Source: Alphaproteobacteria bacterium
GTDB taxonomy: Bacteria > Pseudomonadota > Alphaproteobacteria > UBA828
Assembly: GCA_965237415.1 (NCBI GenBank)
Contig: CBDEFM010000002.1
Location: 736,001 to 800,000, forward strand
DNA length: 64,000 nt
Direction of reading: 5' to 3'
The notes under the pieces are model-generated. The model did no database searches, was not told the origin of the DNA, and was given only the letters and a program-made list of their open reading frames with translations. Of this stretch, positions 9,435-19,585 are shown one piece after another. Position numbers and translations under genes: made by a program. Position 1 is the first letter of the stretch; each line of letters begins with the position of its first letter.

Positions 9435-12080
9435 ATGACAAGCGCCCCGCTGCCGAAACCCGTTGAGCCGTCGCAGCTGGCCCGGATGTTGCTCGACTGG
9501 TACGACCGTCACCGTCGCCGCCTGCCGTGGCGCGCCACGCCCGGCGCGCGGCCCGACCCCTACCGGGTCTGGCTCAGCGAGATCATGCTGCAGCAGACCA
9601 CCGTTCCGGTCGTCGCGGGCTACTTTCAACGGTTTCTGGCGCGCTGGCCGACCCTTGACGCGCTGGCTCACGCCGAGCTCGACGAGGTGCTCCACGCCTG
9701 GCAGGGGCTCGGCTACTACGCCCGCGCCCGCAACCTGCACGTCTGCGCGCAGCATGTGCTGGCCGATCATGGCGGGCGCTTCCCATCCGAAGAAAAGGCG
9801 TTGCGGGCGTTGCCGGGGATCGGGCGCTACACCGCTGCGGCGATCGCAGCCATTGCATACGACCGGCCGGCGACCGTCGTCGACGGCAATGTCGAGCGGG
9901 TGATGGCACGCCTGCGGGCGGTCGAGACTCCGCTTCCGGCGGCGAAACCCAGGCTCTACACGCTTGCCGCCGAACTCACGCCCGAGACCCGGCCGGGCGA
10001 CTACGCGCAAGCATTGATGGATCTCGGTGCGACCGTCTGCACCCCGCGTAATCCGGGCTGTCTCGCATGCCCCTGGCGCGACGCCTGCGAAGGTCGCGCA
10101 CGGGGCGTTGCCGAGACCCTGCCGCGCAGGGCGCCGAAGCGGGCACGCCCGCTGCGCCACGGTGTCTCGTTTTGGTTGATGCGCGCGGATGGGGCCGTAC
10201 TCCTGAGGCGGCGGCCCGAGACGGGCCTGCTCGGCGGTATGATCGAGCTGCCCACCACCCCCTGGCGGGCGGAACCGTGGACTCTGGCGGAGGCCACAGC
10301 CCACGCGCCGGAGCAGTGCCAGTGGCAGGCGCTGCCCGAGCCGGTGCGCCACGGCTTCACCCATTTCGAGATCGAGCTAACGGTGGCCGCGGCCGAGACC
10401 GATGGCGACGGAGACCCTGGCGATATCTGGTGCCCGCCCTCGCGCTTCTCGGACTATGCGCTGCCTACGCTGACCCGAAAGCTCGTGCGCTACGCGTCGC
10501 GCCACCGGCCCGATCCGCGGCGGGGTATCGTCGGACGGCCGGTAGCTGAGCGCAGTATCGATCATGGTAGCATCGCCGCCATCGCGCCAAGCGCACGGAG
10601 GAGTGACGGGGTGACGGCAGGCGATCACCGAGCGGGCGGCAACAAGAGCGCGCGGCTTTCGCCGACACGCGTCCGCGAGGCGATGCGGCGTGCCGCGCTC
10701 TATGCGCGGACCGGGCGGCTCGCAGAAGCACGAGAGCTTTACCGCACGGTTCTCGCCGCAAGGCCCGACCACAGAGAGGCGCTGAAGGCCGCAGCGCTCG
10801 TCGCCTTCCGCCTCGATGCTGTAGATGAAGCGGCGGCTCTCCTGAAGCGGGCGGTCGCGCTCGACGCCGGAGACGCCGGCGCGCACAACGACCTCGGCAA
10901 CGTGCTCCAGGCCGCCGGCCGTCTCGACGCCGCGCTCACAGCCTATCGGCGCGCTGTCGAACTCGACCCGGAAAGGGCCGAGACCCACGTCAATCTCGGC
11001 CAGGCGCTACGGGCCAAGGGGGACCTCGTCGGCGCTGCCGAAGCCTTGGGTCGAGCCGCCGCGCTCCGCCCCGACCATGCCGGCACCCTGCTCCGTATCG
11101 GGCTGGTCCATCACGCCAAGGGCGATCTCGACGGTGCCGCAAGCGCCTTCCTCCAGGTGCTCGCCATCGAGCCCGAGAATGCCGAGGCGTGCTTCGCCTT
11201 CGGCAACGTTCTCTACGCCCAAGGTCGGCTCGACGAGGCCGTGGAGGCGTACGGGCAGGCGGCGAAGCTCAGAGCGGAAATCCTCGACGCTTCGTTCGAG
11301 GTGGGGAAGCCCCGCCACGTTCATGCTCACTTCGACCGGGGGGAGCCACGCGCGGCGCTCAAGGCGTGCGACGATTTGCTGACACGGCAGCCGGGCCAGA
11401 GCGGCGCACTTGCGATGAAGGCCGTCGCCTTGTGGGAGGCAGGCGAGAAGGACCAGGCACGGTCGCTGCTCGACTTCGATCGTCTGCTTCGTCAGGAGCA
11501 CTCCGCGCCGCCCGCGAACTTTGCCAATATAAGCGCCTTCAACGCGGCGCTGGCAGCGCATGTTCGGAATCACCCGACGCTGCAGGCAGCACCCGAGAGC
11601 TACTCGATGGAGCGCGGCCAGAGCACCGGCGAGCTGCTGCCGGGTCGCGGCGCGGCGGTGGCGTTCGGCGCGCTGGTGGCGCACGGGGTGGACCGCTACA
11701 GGGCAGCGATGCTGCAGGCGTCGAGCCATCCCTTCCTGGCCAATATCCCGGATCGCATCAGAATCACGGCGTGGGGGGTCATCCTTGACGAAGGCGCCTA
11801 TCAGGTGCCCCACATCCACCCCTCGGCCTGGCTCAGCGGGGTCTATTACGTTGCCCTCCCCTCCTCCCTCGGCGCAGACGACGACGGGACGGCAGGGTGG
11901 ATCGAGTTCGGCCGCCCCTACTGGGACTTTCGAATCAGGGCGGAGCCCGAGACCCGCCTGATCGAGCCCAAGGAGGGGCTGATGCTGCTCTTCCCCTCTT
12001 ACATGTTTCACCGCACCCTCCCTTTCACCGGCCCGGGCGAGCGCATCAGCATCGCCTTCGACGTACTGCGTGGAGAGTGA
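9435..12080 (+). CDS. mutY: A/G-specific adenine glycosylase MutY in frame with TPR repeats and a putative 2OG-Fe(II) oxygenase domain
   Basis: WLSEIMLQQT, GLGYYARARN, HhH LPGIGRYTA, VDGNVERV, CTPRNPGCLACPWRDAC, NUDIX-like domain to ~10500; then TPRs; then HIHPSAWLSGVYY...LFPSYMFHRT...RISIAFD. No stop between parts; internal GGAGGAG plus GTG at 10611. Confidence 0.85.
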   Translation: MTSAPLPKPVEPSQLARMLLDWYDRHRRRLPWRATPGARPDPYRVWLSEIMLQQTTVPVVAGYFQRFLARWPTLDALAHAELDEVLHAWQGLGYYARARNLHVCAQHVLADHGGRFPSEEKALRALPGIGRYTAAAIAAIAYDRPATVVDGNVERVMARLRAVETPLPAAKPRLYTLAAELTPETRPGDYAQALMDLGATVCTPRNPGCLACPWRDACEGRARGVAETLPRRAPKRARPLRHGVSFWLMRADGAVLLRRRPETGLLGGMIELPTTPWRAEPWTLAEATAHAPEQCQWQALPEPVRHGFTHFEIELTVAAAETDGDGDPGDIWCPPSRFSDYALPTLTRKLVRYASRHRPDPRRGIVGRPVAERSIDHGSIAAIAPSARRSDGVTAGDHRAGGNKSARLSPTRVREAMRRAALYARTGRLAEARELYRTVLAARPDHREALKAAALVAFRLDAVDEAAALLKRAVALDAGDAGAHNDLGNVLQAAGRLDAALTAYRRAVELDPERAETHVNLGQALRAKGDLVGAAEALGRAAALRPDHAGTLLRIGLVHHAKGDLDGAASAFLQVLAIEPENAEACFAFGNVLYAQGRLDEAVEAYGQAAKLRAEILDASFEVGKPRHVHAHFDRGEPRAALKACDDLLTRQPGQSGALAMKAVALWEAGEKDQARSLLDFDRLLRQEHSAPPANFANISAFNAALAAHVRNHPTLQAAPESYSMERGQSTGELLPGRGAAVAFGALVAHGVDRYRAAMLQASSHPFLANIPDRIRITAWGVILDEGAYQVPHIHPSAWLSGVYYVALPSSLGADDDGTAGWIEFGRPYWDFRIRAEPETRLIEPKEGLMLLFPSYMFHRTLPFTGPGERISIAFDVLRGE

Positions 12081-12109
12081 CGGCGGCAGGCAACCACGGG
12101 AATGTGAGG

Positions 12110-12961
12110 ATGAACGAGCAAAGAAATCTCCCCCAGGAGGCGGGCTACAATCTGCGCCTGCGCCACCCGGACTTCGAAGAGTATTTGGCGGTGTGGGAGG
12201 CCGAGAGCGCGCGGGTCCGCGACTCTCTCGACTGCATCCTCGATGTCCGCTACGGCGCCGGCCCCAACATGACCGCCGACCTCTTCCCGGCACCTGCGAG
12301 CGGCGCCCCGATTCAGGTCTTCATCCACGGCGGCTACTGGCGTGCCATGGACAAGGACGTGCACTCCTTTCCCGCCGAAGGCTTCGTCACCGCCGGCGGT
12401 GCGGCCGTCTCGCTCAACTACGCGCTGGCACCGGCGGTGACGCTCGACACGATCATCGAGCAATGCCGCACCGCGCACGAGTGGGTCGCCGACAATGCCG
12501 GCCGCCTCAACGGCGATCCGGACCGCATCTTCGTCTCCGGTCACTCCGCCGGCGGGCACCTCACCGCCATGATGCTCTGCACCGACTGGGCAGCACGCGG
12601 GCGCCCTGCCGAACTGGTGAAGGGCGGTACCGCCATCTCCGGCATCTTCGATCTGGCGCCCATCATGGAGACCAGCATCAACGACGATGTCCGGCTCGAC
12701 GCCGAGGCAGCGGCCCGCAACAGTCCAATTTACAACCTGCCGGCGACCGGCGCAGGCGGGCCGCTTATCGCAGCAGTCGGCGCGGCGGAGACGGCAGCAT
12801 TCGTCGCCCAGAATCGGACCTTCGCCGAGGCATGGCAGGCGCGCGGATTCGAGGCCACGGTCATGGAGATCGAGGGCCTTCACCACTACAACGTGGTGAT
12901 GGAGATGGGCCGCCCCGGCAGCGCTCTCACTCAGGCGGCTCTCGCCCAGATGGGTTTGTGA
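12110..12961 (+). CDS. Alpha/beta hydrolase, arylformamidase-like
   Basis: FIHGGYW and SGHSAGGHL motifs. Confidence 0.85.
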   Translation: MNEQRNLPQEAGYNLRLRHPDFEEYLAVWEAESARVRDSLDCILDVRYGAGPNMTADLFPAPASGAPIQVFIHGGYWRAMDKDVHSFPAEGFVTAGGAAVSLNYALAPAVTLDTIIEQCRTAHEWVADNAGRLNGDPDRIFVSGHSAGGHLTAMMLCTDWAARGRPAELVKGGTAISGIFDLAPIMETSINDDVRLDAEAAARNSPIYNLPATGAGGPLIAAVGAAETAAFVAQNRTFAEAWQARGFEATVMEIEGLHHYNVVMEMGRPGSALTQAALAQMGL

Positions 12962-13091
12962 GGCACGAGTCCCCGATCCCGCGCTGCCTTATGCCGCCGG
13001 GCGTTTAGACGACAGGCTTGCCGAACCGTTGCGGGAGGGGTAGGGCAAGCTCCGGCGGCCCGACCGGCCGCCGAACCCCACGAGGTGCGCC

Positions 13092-14279
13092 ATGACCGTA
13101 AGCCGCGGCCGCAATTTCCTGGCCCTTCCCGGCCCGACCACCGTTCCTCACGAAGTGCTGCAGGCCATGCACCGGCCGGCCGTCGACATCTATGGCGAGG
13201 AGCTGACCGCTGTCACCGACAGCTGCCTGGAAGATTTCAGGCGCGTCTTCCGCACAGAGCAAGGCCGCACCTACATCTATATTGCCAACGGCCATGGTGC
13301 CTGGGAGGCGGCGCTCTCCAACGTCCTCTCGCGCGGCGACAAGGTGCTGGTGCTGGAGAGCGGTCGCTTCGCTGTCGGATGGGGCGAGATGGCGGAGGCG
13401 CTCGGCATCGAGGTCGAGGTGCTGGCGGAACAGCCACAACGGGCGGTGTCGCCTGAGGCGCTAGAGAAACGCCTCCGTGCCGATCGCGCAGGCGAGATCA
13501 AGGCCATCCTGGTCGTTCAGGTGGACACGGCTTCCGGCGTCGTGAACGACATCGCGGCACTGGGCAAGGCCATCGATGCGAGCGGTCACGGTGCGCTATT
13601 CATGGTCGATGTCATCGCGTCGCTCGGCTCGATGCCCTTCGAGATGGACGGCTGGGGCATCGATGTCGCAGTAGCCGGTGCGCAGAAGGGGCTCATGATG
13701 ACGCCGGGCCTGAGCTTCATCGGGGCAAGTGAGGCCGCGCTCGCCGCCCATGCCGATGCCGGGCTGAGGACGCGCTATTGGGACTGGACCGCGCGCGAGG
13801 GCGATCTCCACTACATGAAGTACTGCGGCACGCCGCCGGTGCACCTGCTGTTCGGGCTGCGCAAGTCCCTTGACATGCTGTTCGAAGAAGGCCTGGAAAA
13901 CGCCTTCCGTCGCCACGAGCTCCTGGCCGGTGCGACTCAGGCAGCGGTCGAGCGCTGGCGGGAGGCGGGGGCCCTCGACTTCAATATCCCCGAGCCGTCG
14001 GAACGCTCGCCGACGGTAACCACGATACTCATGGACGATCCCCAGCTGAGCCGCCTGCTCGACTGGTGCTGGGAGGTCTGCAACGTGAGTCTCGGCATCG
14101 GACTCGGGCCGCTCGGTGGCCACGCCTTCCGCATCGCCCACATGGGCCATGTGAATGCACCCATGATGCTCGGAACGCTCGGGGCCATAGAAACGGGATT
14201 CGTTGCGCTCGATATTCCACATGGCAAGAGCGGCGTCTCGGCGGCCATCGACCACCTGGGCAGCCGCCTCAAAGCGTGA
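13092..14279 (+). CDS. Class V aminotransferase, serine-glyoxylate aminotransferase-like
   Basis: PGPT, NGHGAWEAALSN, VDTASGV, GAQKGLM, FRIAHMGHVNA. Confidence 0.88.
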   Translation: MTVSRGRNFLALPGPTTVPHEVLQAMHRPAVDIYGEELTAVTDSCLEDFRRVFRTEQGRTYIYIANGHGAWEAALSNVLSRGDKVLVLESGRFAVGWGEMAEALGIEVEVLAEQPQRAVSPEALEKRLRADRAGEIKAILVVQVDTASGVVNDIAALGKAIDASGHGALFMVDVIASLGSMPFEMDGWGIDVAVAGAQKGLMMTPGLSFIGASEAALAAHADAGLRTRYWDWTAREGDLHYMKYCGTPPVHLLFGLRKSLDMLFEEGLENAFRRHELLAGATQAAVERWREAGALDFNIPEPSERSPTVTTILMDDPQLSRLLDWCWEVCNVSLGIGLGPLGGHAFRIAHMGHVNAPMMLGTLGAIETGFVALDIPHGKSGVSAAIDHLGSRLKA

Positions 14280-14291
14280 GATGGGGCAGTG

Positions 14292-14444
14292 CTAGCGCTC
14301 AGGCGCCTCCCGGGCCGGTGTTTGGCCGGCGTCGAGCGGATCGTTGTCAGACGGCTTATTGATGGCCATGGCGAGCGCAACCAGGACGGCACCCACGAAC
14401 AGCGCGACGGCTGCATCCCTCAGGAAGCGCCGCACGTCAGGCAC
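14292..14444 (-). CDS. Small single-TM protein (50 aa)
   Basis: GTG start after GAGGAGG: MPDVRRFLRDAAVALFVGAVLVALAMAINKPSDND...; overlaps the upstream stop. Confidence 0.45.
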   Translation of the reverse strand: MPDVRRFLRDAAVALFVGAVLVALAMAINKPSDNDPLDAGQTPAREAPER

Positions 14445-14706
14445 TCCCCTCCTCGGGTGCTTCGGACCCACCCGGCCGGTCGACCTCCACCCGTTGCCGC
14501 GCGGCCGCCACAGCGGCCTCCAACGCCTCCTCGAAATGCCCGCTCACGATGGGCCCGAAGTGGCGGCGATAGTCGCGCATGATGTTCGCCTGCATCTCGG
14601 GCGTGATGTCGCGCACCATGTCAAGCCAGCACTCGCATGCGTCGCAAATCAGCGCAAGATCGACGACCGCGGGCGTGCGCCACGCGTGCGGGCTGCATCG
14701 CTCCAT
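14437..14706 (-). CDS. Hypothetical protein with CxxCxC
   Basis: ATG 14706 after GGAGAGGG; MERCSPHAW...LICDACECWLDM. Confidence 0.35.
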   Translation of the reverse strand: MERCSPHAWRTPAVVDLALICDACECWLDMVRDITPEMQANIMRDYRRHFGPIVSGHFEEALEAAVAAARQRVEVDRPGGSEAPEEGSA

Positions 14707-15001
14707 CCGAATCCCTCTCCGCTCTCGGTCCCCGACGCCTGCGCACCCGGGCGACCTCGGCATCGAAATCGTCCACCTCGGAGACGACGCGCAGGAAACC
14801 GAGGGGCAGCGGCTCATCCAGCAGGTCCTCGTAGGGCGCCTTGGTGAACAGCAGCAGCCGCGTGCCGCCGAGCCTCAGCACCCGGCAGTCGCAGCCGAAC
14901 ACCCGGCCGGAGAGGCGGAGCTCGCCGCCCATGGTATCTGTGTAGAAGGCCGCCGCTGCGTAGAGATCCGCGACCTTGACCGCATAGTTCCAGAGCCGCA
15001 T
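14621..15001 (-). pseudogene. VOC/glyoxalase family protein, C-terminally truncated
   Basis: MRLWNYAVKVADL...FYTDTMGG...VSEVDDFDAEVARVR, then the frame loses family character (no final FxDPDG strand). Confidence 0.55.
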
Positions 15002-15020
15002 TGCGCTGCCCTCCCCGCCT

Positions 15021-16178
15021 TCAGGTCGGATTGGCGCAATCGGAGTAGTGGATGGCAAATTCCGGAAACTTCGCCTTCCAGGCATCGTCGAAGGCAGAAC
15101 GGTCGCTGCCCGCACGCGCCTCGACGGCATACTCGGTGACGGTCTTCATGTTCTCCGTGGTCATGACGGAGTAGCCCAACGTTTCCAGTTCGGCAACGCG
15201 GCGACTCATGTTGCTCTTGTTTCGGAAGACGCCAAGGGAAACTCCGTTCGCCTGTGGGCCCTTGGCGATGATCCAGATGTCGCTGACGCCCTTATCGCCA
15301 AGCCCGCGCGCAACTGCGGTTGCCGCCTCGCGGCTCGAGGCCGGCGGCAAGTACACCTGGTAATTTTTGATGACTTGCTGCTCCTCTTCGCCCACCTCGA
15401 CCTCCTCCGCGCCGTGCGAGCGCATCCACGCCGCCGCCTCGTCGGCGGAAGCACGGTCCTTGAACCAGCCGACGTGTACACAGCCCTCACTTAGCGCCTG
15501 GGCGGGCACTGCCTCGGGCTCTTCCGGGATCTCGGGTTGCTGCGGTTCAGTGGGGGGCGCCTGCACGTCCTCCTTCGTCGTCTCAACAGCGACAGGCTCG
15601 ACAGGCGTTGCCTCCGGCTCCGACAATGCGACGGGTTCTTCGCTCTCCGCCGGCGCAGGATCATCGACGACGCGAAGCGCATGAGCGCGCTCGTACGCGC
15701 GCTCCGCAAGCTTCATGTAAACATCGCCGAGATTGGCGTAGACGACGGCATCCGGCTTCAATTCCATTGCCGCGATGAGTGCTTTGCGCGCATCGTCGAG
15801 CCGACCCGATTTCGCATAGAGCACGGCAAGGTTATTGTGCGCCTCGAACATCGAGGGGTGATCGTTCCGAAGGCTCTCGAATACGGCAACCGCCTCCACA
15901 AAGTTTCCCTCGCGCGCATGTAGGACGCCGAGCAGCAAACGCACACCGGGCGCGTCGGGCTCACGCTCCAACAGCGGCTCGACCAACTCGCGCGCTTCCG
16001 AATAACGTTCCTGATCGACCAGGGAGAGCGCATCCTCGATCGGGCCAGCGGCGAGCGCGCCGGACCACACCATTGCCGCCAGCACCCCGCAAGCGAGCGC
16101 TGCGCCCCGAAGCCAGGCCGTCGTCTTGGCCTGAGTTCGCTTGTCGCGGCTGGCAACCGCTGGGCTTGGCGGGAGCAT
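15021..16178 (-). CDS. Exported TPR protein with C-terminal SPOR-like domain
   Basis: Signal-like segment, TPRs (AHNNLAVLYAKSG, YANLGDVY), P/E linker, VSLGVFRNKSN. Confidence 0.75.
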   Translation of the reverse strand: MLPPSPAVASRDKRTQAKTTAWLRGAALACGVLAAMVWSGALAAGPIEDALSLVDQERYSEARELVEPLLEREPDAPGVRLLLGVLHAREGNFVEAVAVFESLRNDHPSMFEAHNNLAVLYAKSGRLDDARKALIAAMELKPDAVVYANLGDVYMKLAERAYERAHALRVVDDPAPAESEEPVALSEPEATPVEPVAVETTKEDVQAPPTEPQQPEIPEEPEAVPAQALSEGCVHVGWFKDRASADEAAAWMRSHGAEEVEVGEEEQQVIKNYQVYLPPASSREAATAVARGLGDKGVSDIWIIAKGPQANGVSLGVFRNKSNMSRRVAELETLGYSVMTTENMKTVTEYAVEARAGSDRSAFDDAWKAKFPEFAIHYSDCANPT

Positions 16179-16505
16179 CGCGCGCGAGCACCCTGGTCGT
16201 GGTGACGGTATCGCCGACACTTTTGACTGGGCAGGTGTCGTGTTATCCACGACAACCAGCTTTGCGAATTCCATGCGCTTTCACCATAGGCGGCAACCGC
16301 ACCGCAGTCCATCACACCGCCCGGCTCGCGCCGACGGTATTCGGCATGAATGGACGTTGTAGTGGTTCCGCCGTCCGCAGGCTCGCGAATGATCGACGTG
16401 CACCTCGACCGGGTCTCGAAGAGTGAGAGTACGGTCATGCTTCTTGACGACGTGTGCGATATCTCGACGTGAGCCTCTGATGTGCGCTTCGCGCGACGGT
16501 GCCCC

Positions 16506-18050
16506 ATGACCGAGCACATCCTGATCCTTGATTTCGGCTCGCAGGTGACCCAGCTGATCGCCCGTCGCATACGCGAGGCAGGGGTCTACTGCGAGATCAG
16601 GCCATACTCGACGCCGGCTATCGAGATCGAACGCCTCGCGCCGCAGGGCGTCGTCCTCTCGGGTGGGCCGGCATCGCTCACCGAGGCTGAGGCGCCGCGG
16701 CCCGACGAGGGGCTCTACACGCTCGGTATCCCCCTTCTCGGCATCTGCTACGGCCAGCAGGCGATGTGCGCGGCTCTGGGTGGCGCCGTCGAGTCCACAG
16801 CCCAGCGCGAGTTCGGCAGGGCGCACCTCGACATCGTCGAGCCCTGCGCGCTCTTCGATGGCGTCTGGCAGGTGGGAGCGCGCGAGCAAGTGTGGATGAG
16901 CCACGGCGACGCGGTGGCGGAGGTCCCAAGCGGCTTTCGCGTGGTGGCGCGCACCGACTCAGCGCCCTTCGCCGCCATCGCTAACGATGCACGCCATTTC
17001 TACGGCATCCAGTTCCACCCCGAAGTGGTGCACACGCCCCACGGTGGGGCGCTCCTGAAGAACTTCGCGCGCCGTGTCTCCGGCTGCGAAGGCATGTGGT
17101 CGATGGCCTCGTTCCGCACCAGCGCCATCGAGGCAATTCGCGCGCAGGTCGGTGACGGGCAGGTGATTTGCGGCCTGTCGGGCGGCGTGGACTCGTCGGT
17201 GGTCGCGGTCCTGCTGCACGAGGCGATCGGGGCGCGGCTCACCTGCGTGTTCGTCGACACCGGCCTCATGCGCCAGGGAGAGGCCGAGGAGGTCACCAGC
17301 CTCTTCCGCGGGCACTACAATATCCCGCTCGTCCATGAGGACGCGCGGGCCGTGTTCCTGAAAAGGCTCGCCGGCGTCACGGAGCCCGAGGAGAAGCGCA
17401 AGATCATCGGCGCCACCTTTATCGACGTGTTCGAGCAGGCCGCGCAAAGCGCCGGCGATGCCGACTTTCTGGCTCAGGGAACGCTCTACCCGGACGTGAT
17501 CGAATCGGTCTCCGTCAGCGGTCCGAGCGCGGTCATCAAGTCTCACCACAACGTGGGCGGGCTGCCGGAGCGCATGAAGCTCAGCCTGGTCGAGCCGCTT
17601 CGCATGCTCTTCAAGGACGAGGTGCGGGCGCTCGGTCGCACCCTCGGGATGCCCGAGGCACTCACCGGGCGCCATCCCTTCCCCGGACCCGGTCTCGCAA
17701 TCCGCATTCCGGGCGAGGTGACGGAGGAGAAGGTCGCGATCCTGCAACAGGCCGATGCGATCCTGATCGAGGAGATTCGCAACGGCGGCCTTTACGACGC
17801 CATCTGGCAGGCTTTTGCAGTACTGCTACCGGTACAGACGGTGGGCGTGATGGGCGATGCGCGCACTTACGAACATGTCTGTGCGCTCCGCGCTGTCACG
17901 TCGGCCGATGGCATGACCGCCGACTTCTACCATTTCGACATGAGCTTTCTCGGCGGCGTCGCGAACCGCATCGTCAACGAAGTGAAGGGCATCAACCGTG
18001 TGGTCTACGATGTGACCTCGAAACCACCGGGAACGATCGAATGGGAATGA
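16506..18050 (+). CDS. guaA: GMP synthase (glutamine-hydrolysing)
   Basis: [44 protein letters not shown]. Confidence 0.98.
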   Translation: MTEHILILDFGSQVTQLIARRIREAGVYCEIRPYSTPAIEIERLAPQGVVLSGGPASLTEAEAPRPDEGLYTLGIPLLGICYGQQAMCAALGGAVESTAQREFGRAHLDIVEPCALFDGVWQVGAREQVWMSHGDAVAEVPSGFRVVARTDSAPFAAIANDARHFYGIQFHPEVVHTPHGGALLKNFARRVSGCEGMWSMASFRTSAIEAIRAQVGDGQVICGLSGGVDSSVVAVLLHEAIGARLTCVFVDTGLMRQGEAEEVTSLFRGHYNIPLVHEDARAVFLKRLAGVTEPEEKRKIIGATFIDVFEQAAQSAGDADFLAQGTLYPDVIESVSVSGPSAVIKSHHNVGGLPERMKLSLVEPLRMLFKDEVRALGRTLGMPEALTGRHPFPGPGLAIRIPGEVTEEKVAILQQADAILIEEIRNGGLYDAIWQAFAVLLPVQTVGVMGDARTYEHVCALRAVTSADGMTADFYHFDMSFLGGVANRIVNEVKGINRVVYDVTSKPPGTIEWE

Positions 18051-18763
18051 ACGGTCAGCCACGCCGCGGTGTGCGGTGGACGCTGCTCGCGCTCGCCGTT
18101 TCGCTCGCTCTCTTGGCGCTGGCGGCCGGCATTCGACCCGTTGCCGCCGATTGGGAGACGGGTCAGTCCGCCTACGAGCGGGGCGACATGGCCGCTGCGC
18201 TCGAGGCGTGGCGGCCGCTCGCCGAAGCAGGTAACTCGCGCGCTCAGGCAGCCCTTGGCAGCCTATACATCCGCGGCGAGGGAGTTGGGATCAACCATGC
18301 GGAAGCGCTGCGCTGGACCCGGAGCGCCGCCGAACAGGGCGACGTCACCGGCCAGTTCAACATGGGCACCATCTACGCCGGCGGCCTCGGCGTGGAGCGG
18401 GACTATGCGGTGGCGGCGGAGTGGTTCGCGCGCGCTGCCGAGCAAGACGATGCGGCCAGCCGCTTCAATCTCGGAGTCCTCTACGCACGCGGTCTCGGCG
18501 TGCCGAAGGACGATGAGGAGGCGCTCTTCCTGCTTGGCACGGCGACGATCATCGCCGGCGATCCGGAGGCCAACTTGCAGGAGATCGGTGCCGCCGCCGA
18601 GAACTACGCCTACGTCGTGATGATGACGATGGAAGAGCCGGAGCTTACGCAAGCGCTCAATCGCACCCGCGCGTGGGAAAAAGAATTCCTGCGCCGCTAT
18701 CTGACGCGGCGCCTGCGGCCCGCCGAGTCCAAGGGCAATCTGGCCCCCCTCCCCTTCGAGTAA
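18047..18763 (+). CDS. Exported Sel1-like repeat protein
   Basis: Signal peptide, 3 SLRs ([42 protein letters not shown]); ATGA overlap with guaA. Confidence 0.85.
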   Translation: MNGQPRRGVRWTLLALAVSLALLALAAGIRPVAADWETGQSAYERGDMAAALEAWRPLAEAGNSRAQAALGSLYIRGEGVGINHAEALRWTRSAAEQGDVTGQFNMGTIYAGGLGVERDYAVAAEWFARAAEQDDAASRFNLGVLYARGLGVPKDDEEALFLLGTATIIAGDPEANLQEIGAAAENYAYVVMMTMEEPELTQALNRTRAWEKEFLRRYLTRRLRPAESKGNLAPLPFE

Positions 18764-18782
18764 GCGCCTCGTCGCGCCGATG

Positions 18783-19577
18783 CTATCCGGCGACGCGTTC
18801 CAACCGCTGTGTTTCCGGAAGTTCGAGCAACGCGCGGATGTGGCCGGCGAGGCGCACCGCCCAGGTCTCGACCGCCTCGACCGTGCGGATCTCGCTGTTG
18901 CGGATTTCGATGAGAAGCGAGGACAGTCCCCGACCCTCGGCGTGCACGGGCACGGTGTAGTCGGTAAGCACGCCAAAGTCGTAGGGTTCGTTGGCGCCGA
19001 CCACGAGGCCGTCGGCCCGCAGCCGCTCGATCAAGGGGGCCGCCATTCGCCGGTCCTTGTCCCAGCAGATGCCGATCTCCCACGGGCGCGGGTCGCCGCC
19101 GGCAAGTTGCGGCGTGAAGCTGTGGACCGCTACCAGCACGGGAACCAGGCTGTTGCCGGTCATGCGATCGAGGGCGGCGGCAATGGCGTCGTGATAGGGC
19201 GTGAATATCTCTGCAATCCGCGCGTCCACCGCCGCCTGGTCGAGGCCATTGTTGCCGGGCACCGGAACAGAATCGCTCACCGGTGGAATCCTGTCCGGCG
19301 CCGCGGCAGGGCGATTGCAGTCGATCACCAGCCGGGAATAGCCGGCGAGAACCGCCGGGGCGTCGAGGAGTGCCGAGAGACGCCGGCCCACGGCTCCCGC
19401 CCCGATGTCCCAACCGATATGCTCTGTGCGCTCGACCTCGCTTACGCCGAGAGTGCCGAGCGCGGCGGGAATTCGGCAGCTCGCGTGGTCGCAGACAACG
19501 AGCGCCCGCGACGTGCCCCTCTCGTTAAGCGTTTCGAAGGGCGGCGGGTCGCCGGGCCCCAGCAGCGGCGCAGTCAT
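18783..19577 (-). CDS. N-formylglutamate amidohydrolase family
   Basis: VCDHAS, HIGWDIGA, YSRLVIDCNR, HSFTP, IEIRN. Confidence 0.9.
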   Translation of the reverse strand: MTAPLLGPGDPPPFETLNERGTSRALVVCDHASCRIPAALGTLGVSEVERTEHIGWDIGAGAVGRRLSALLDAPAVLAGYSRLVIDCNRPAAAPDRIPPVSDSVPVPGNNGLDQAAVDARIAEIFTPYHDAIAAALDRMTGNSLVPVLVAVHSFTPQLAGGDPRPWEIGICWDKDRRMAAPLIERLRADGLVVGANEPYDFGVLTDYTVPVHAEGRGLSSLLIEIRNSEIRTVEAVETWAVRLAGHIRALLELPETQRLERVAG

Positions 19578-19585
19578 CGGCGCGC

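Noticed and set aside
18041-18060. guaA 3' end as an island integration site
   Set aside because: No integrase follows and no duplicated guaA 3' sequence was found in the window
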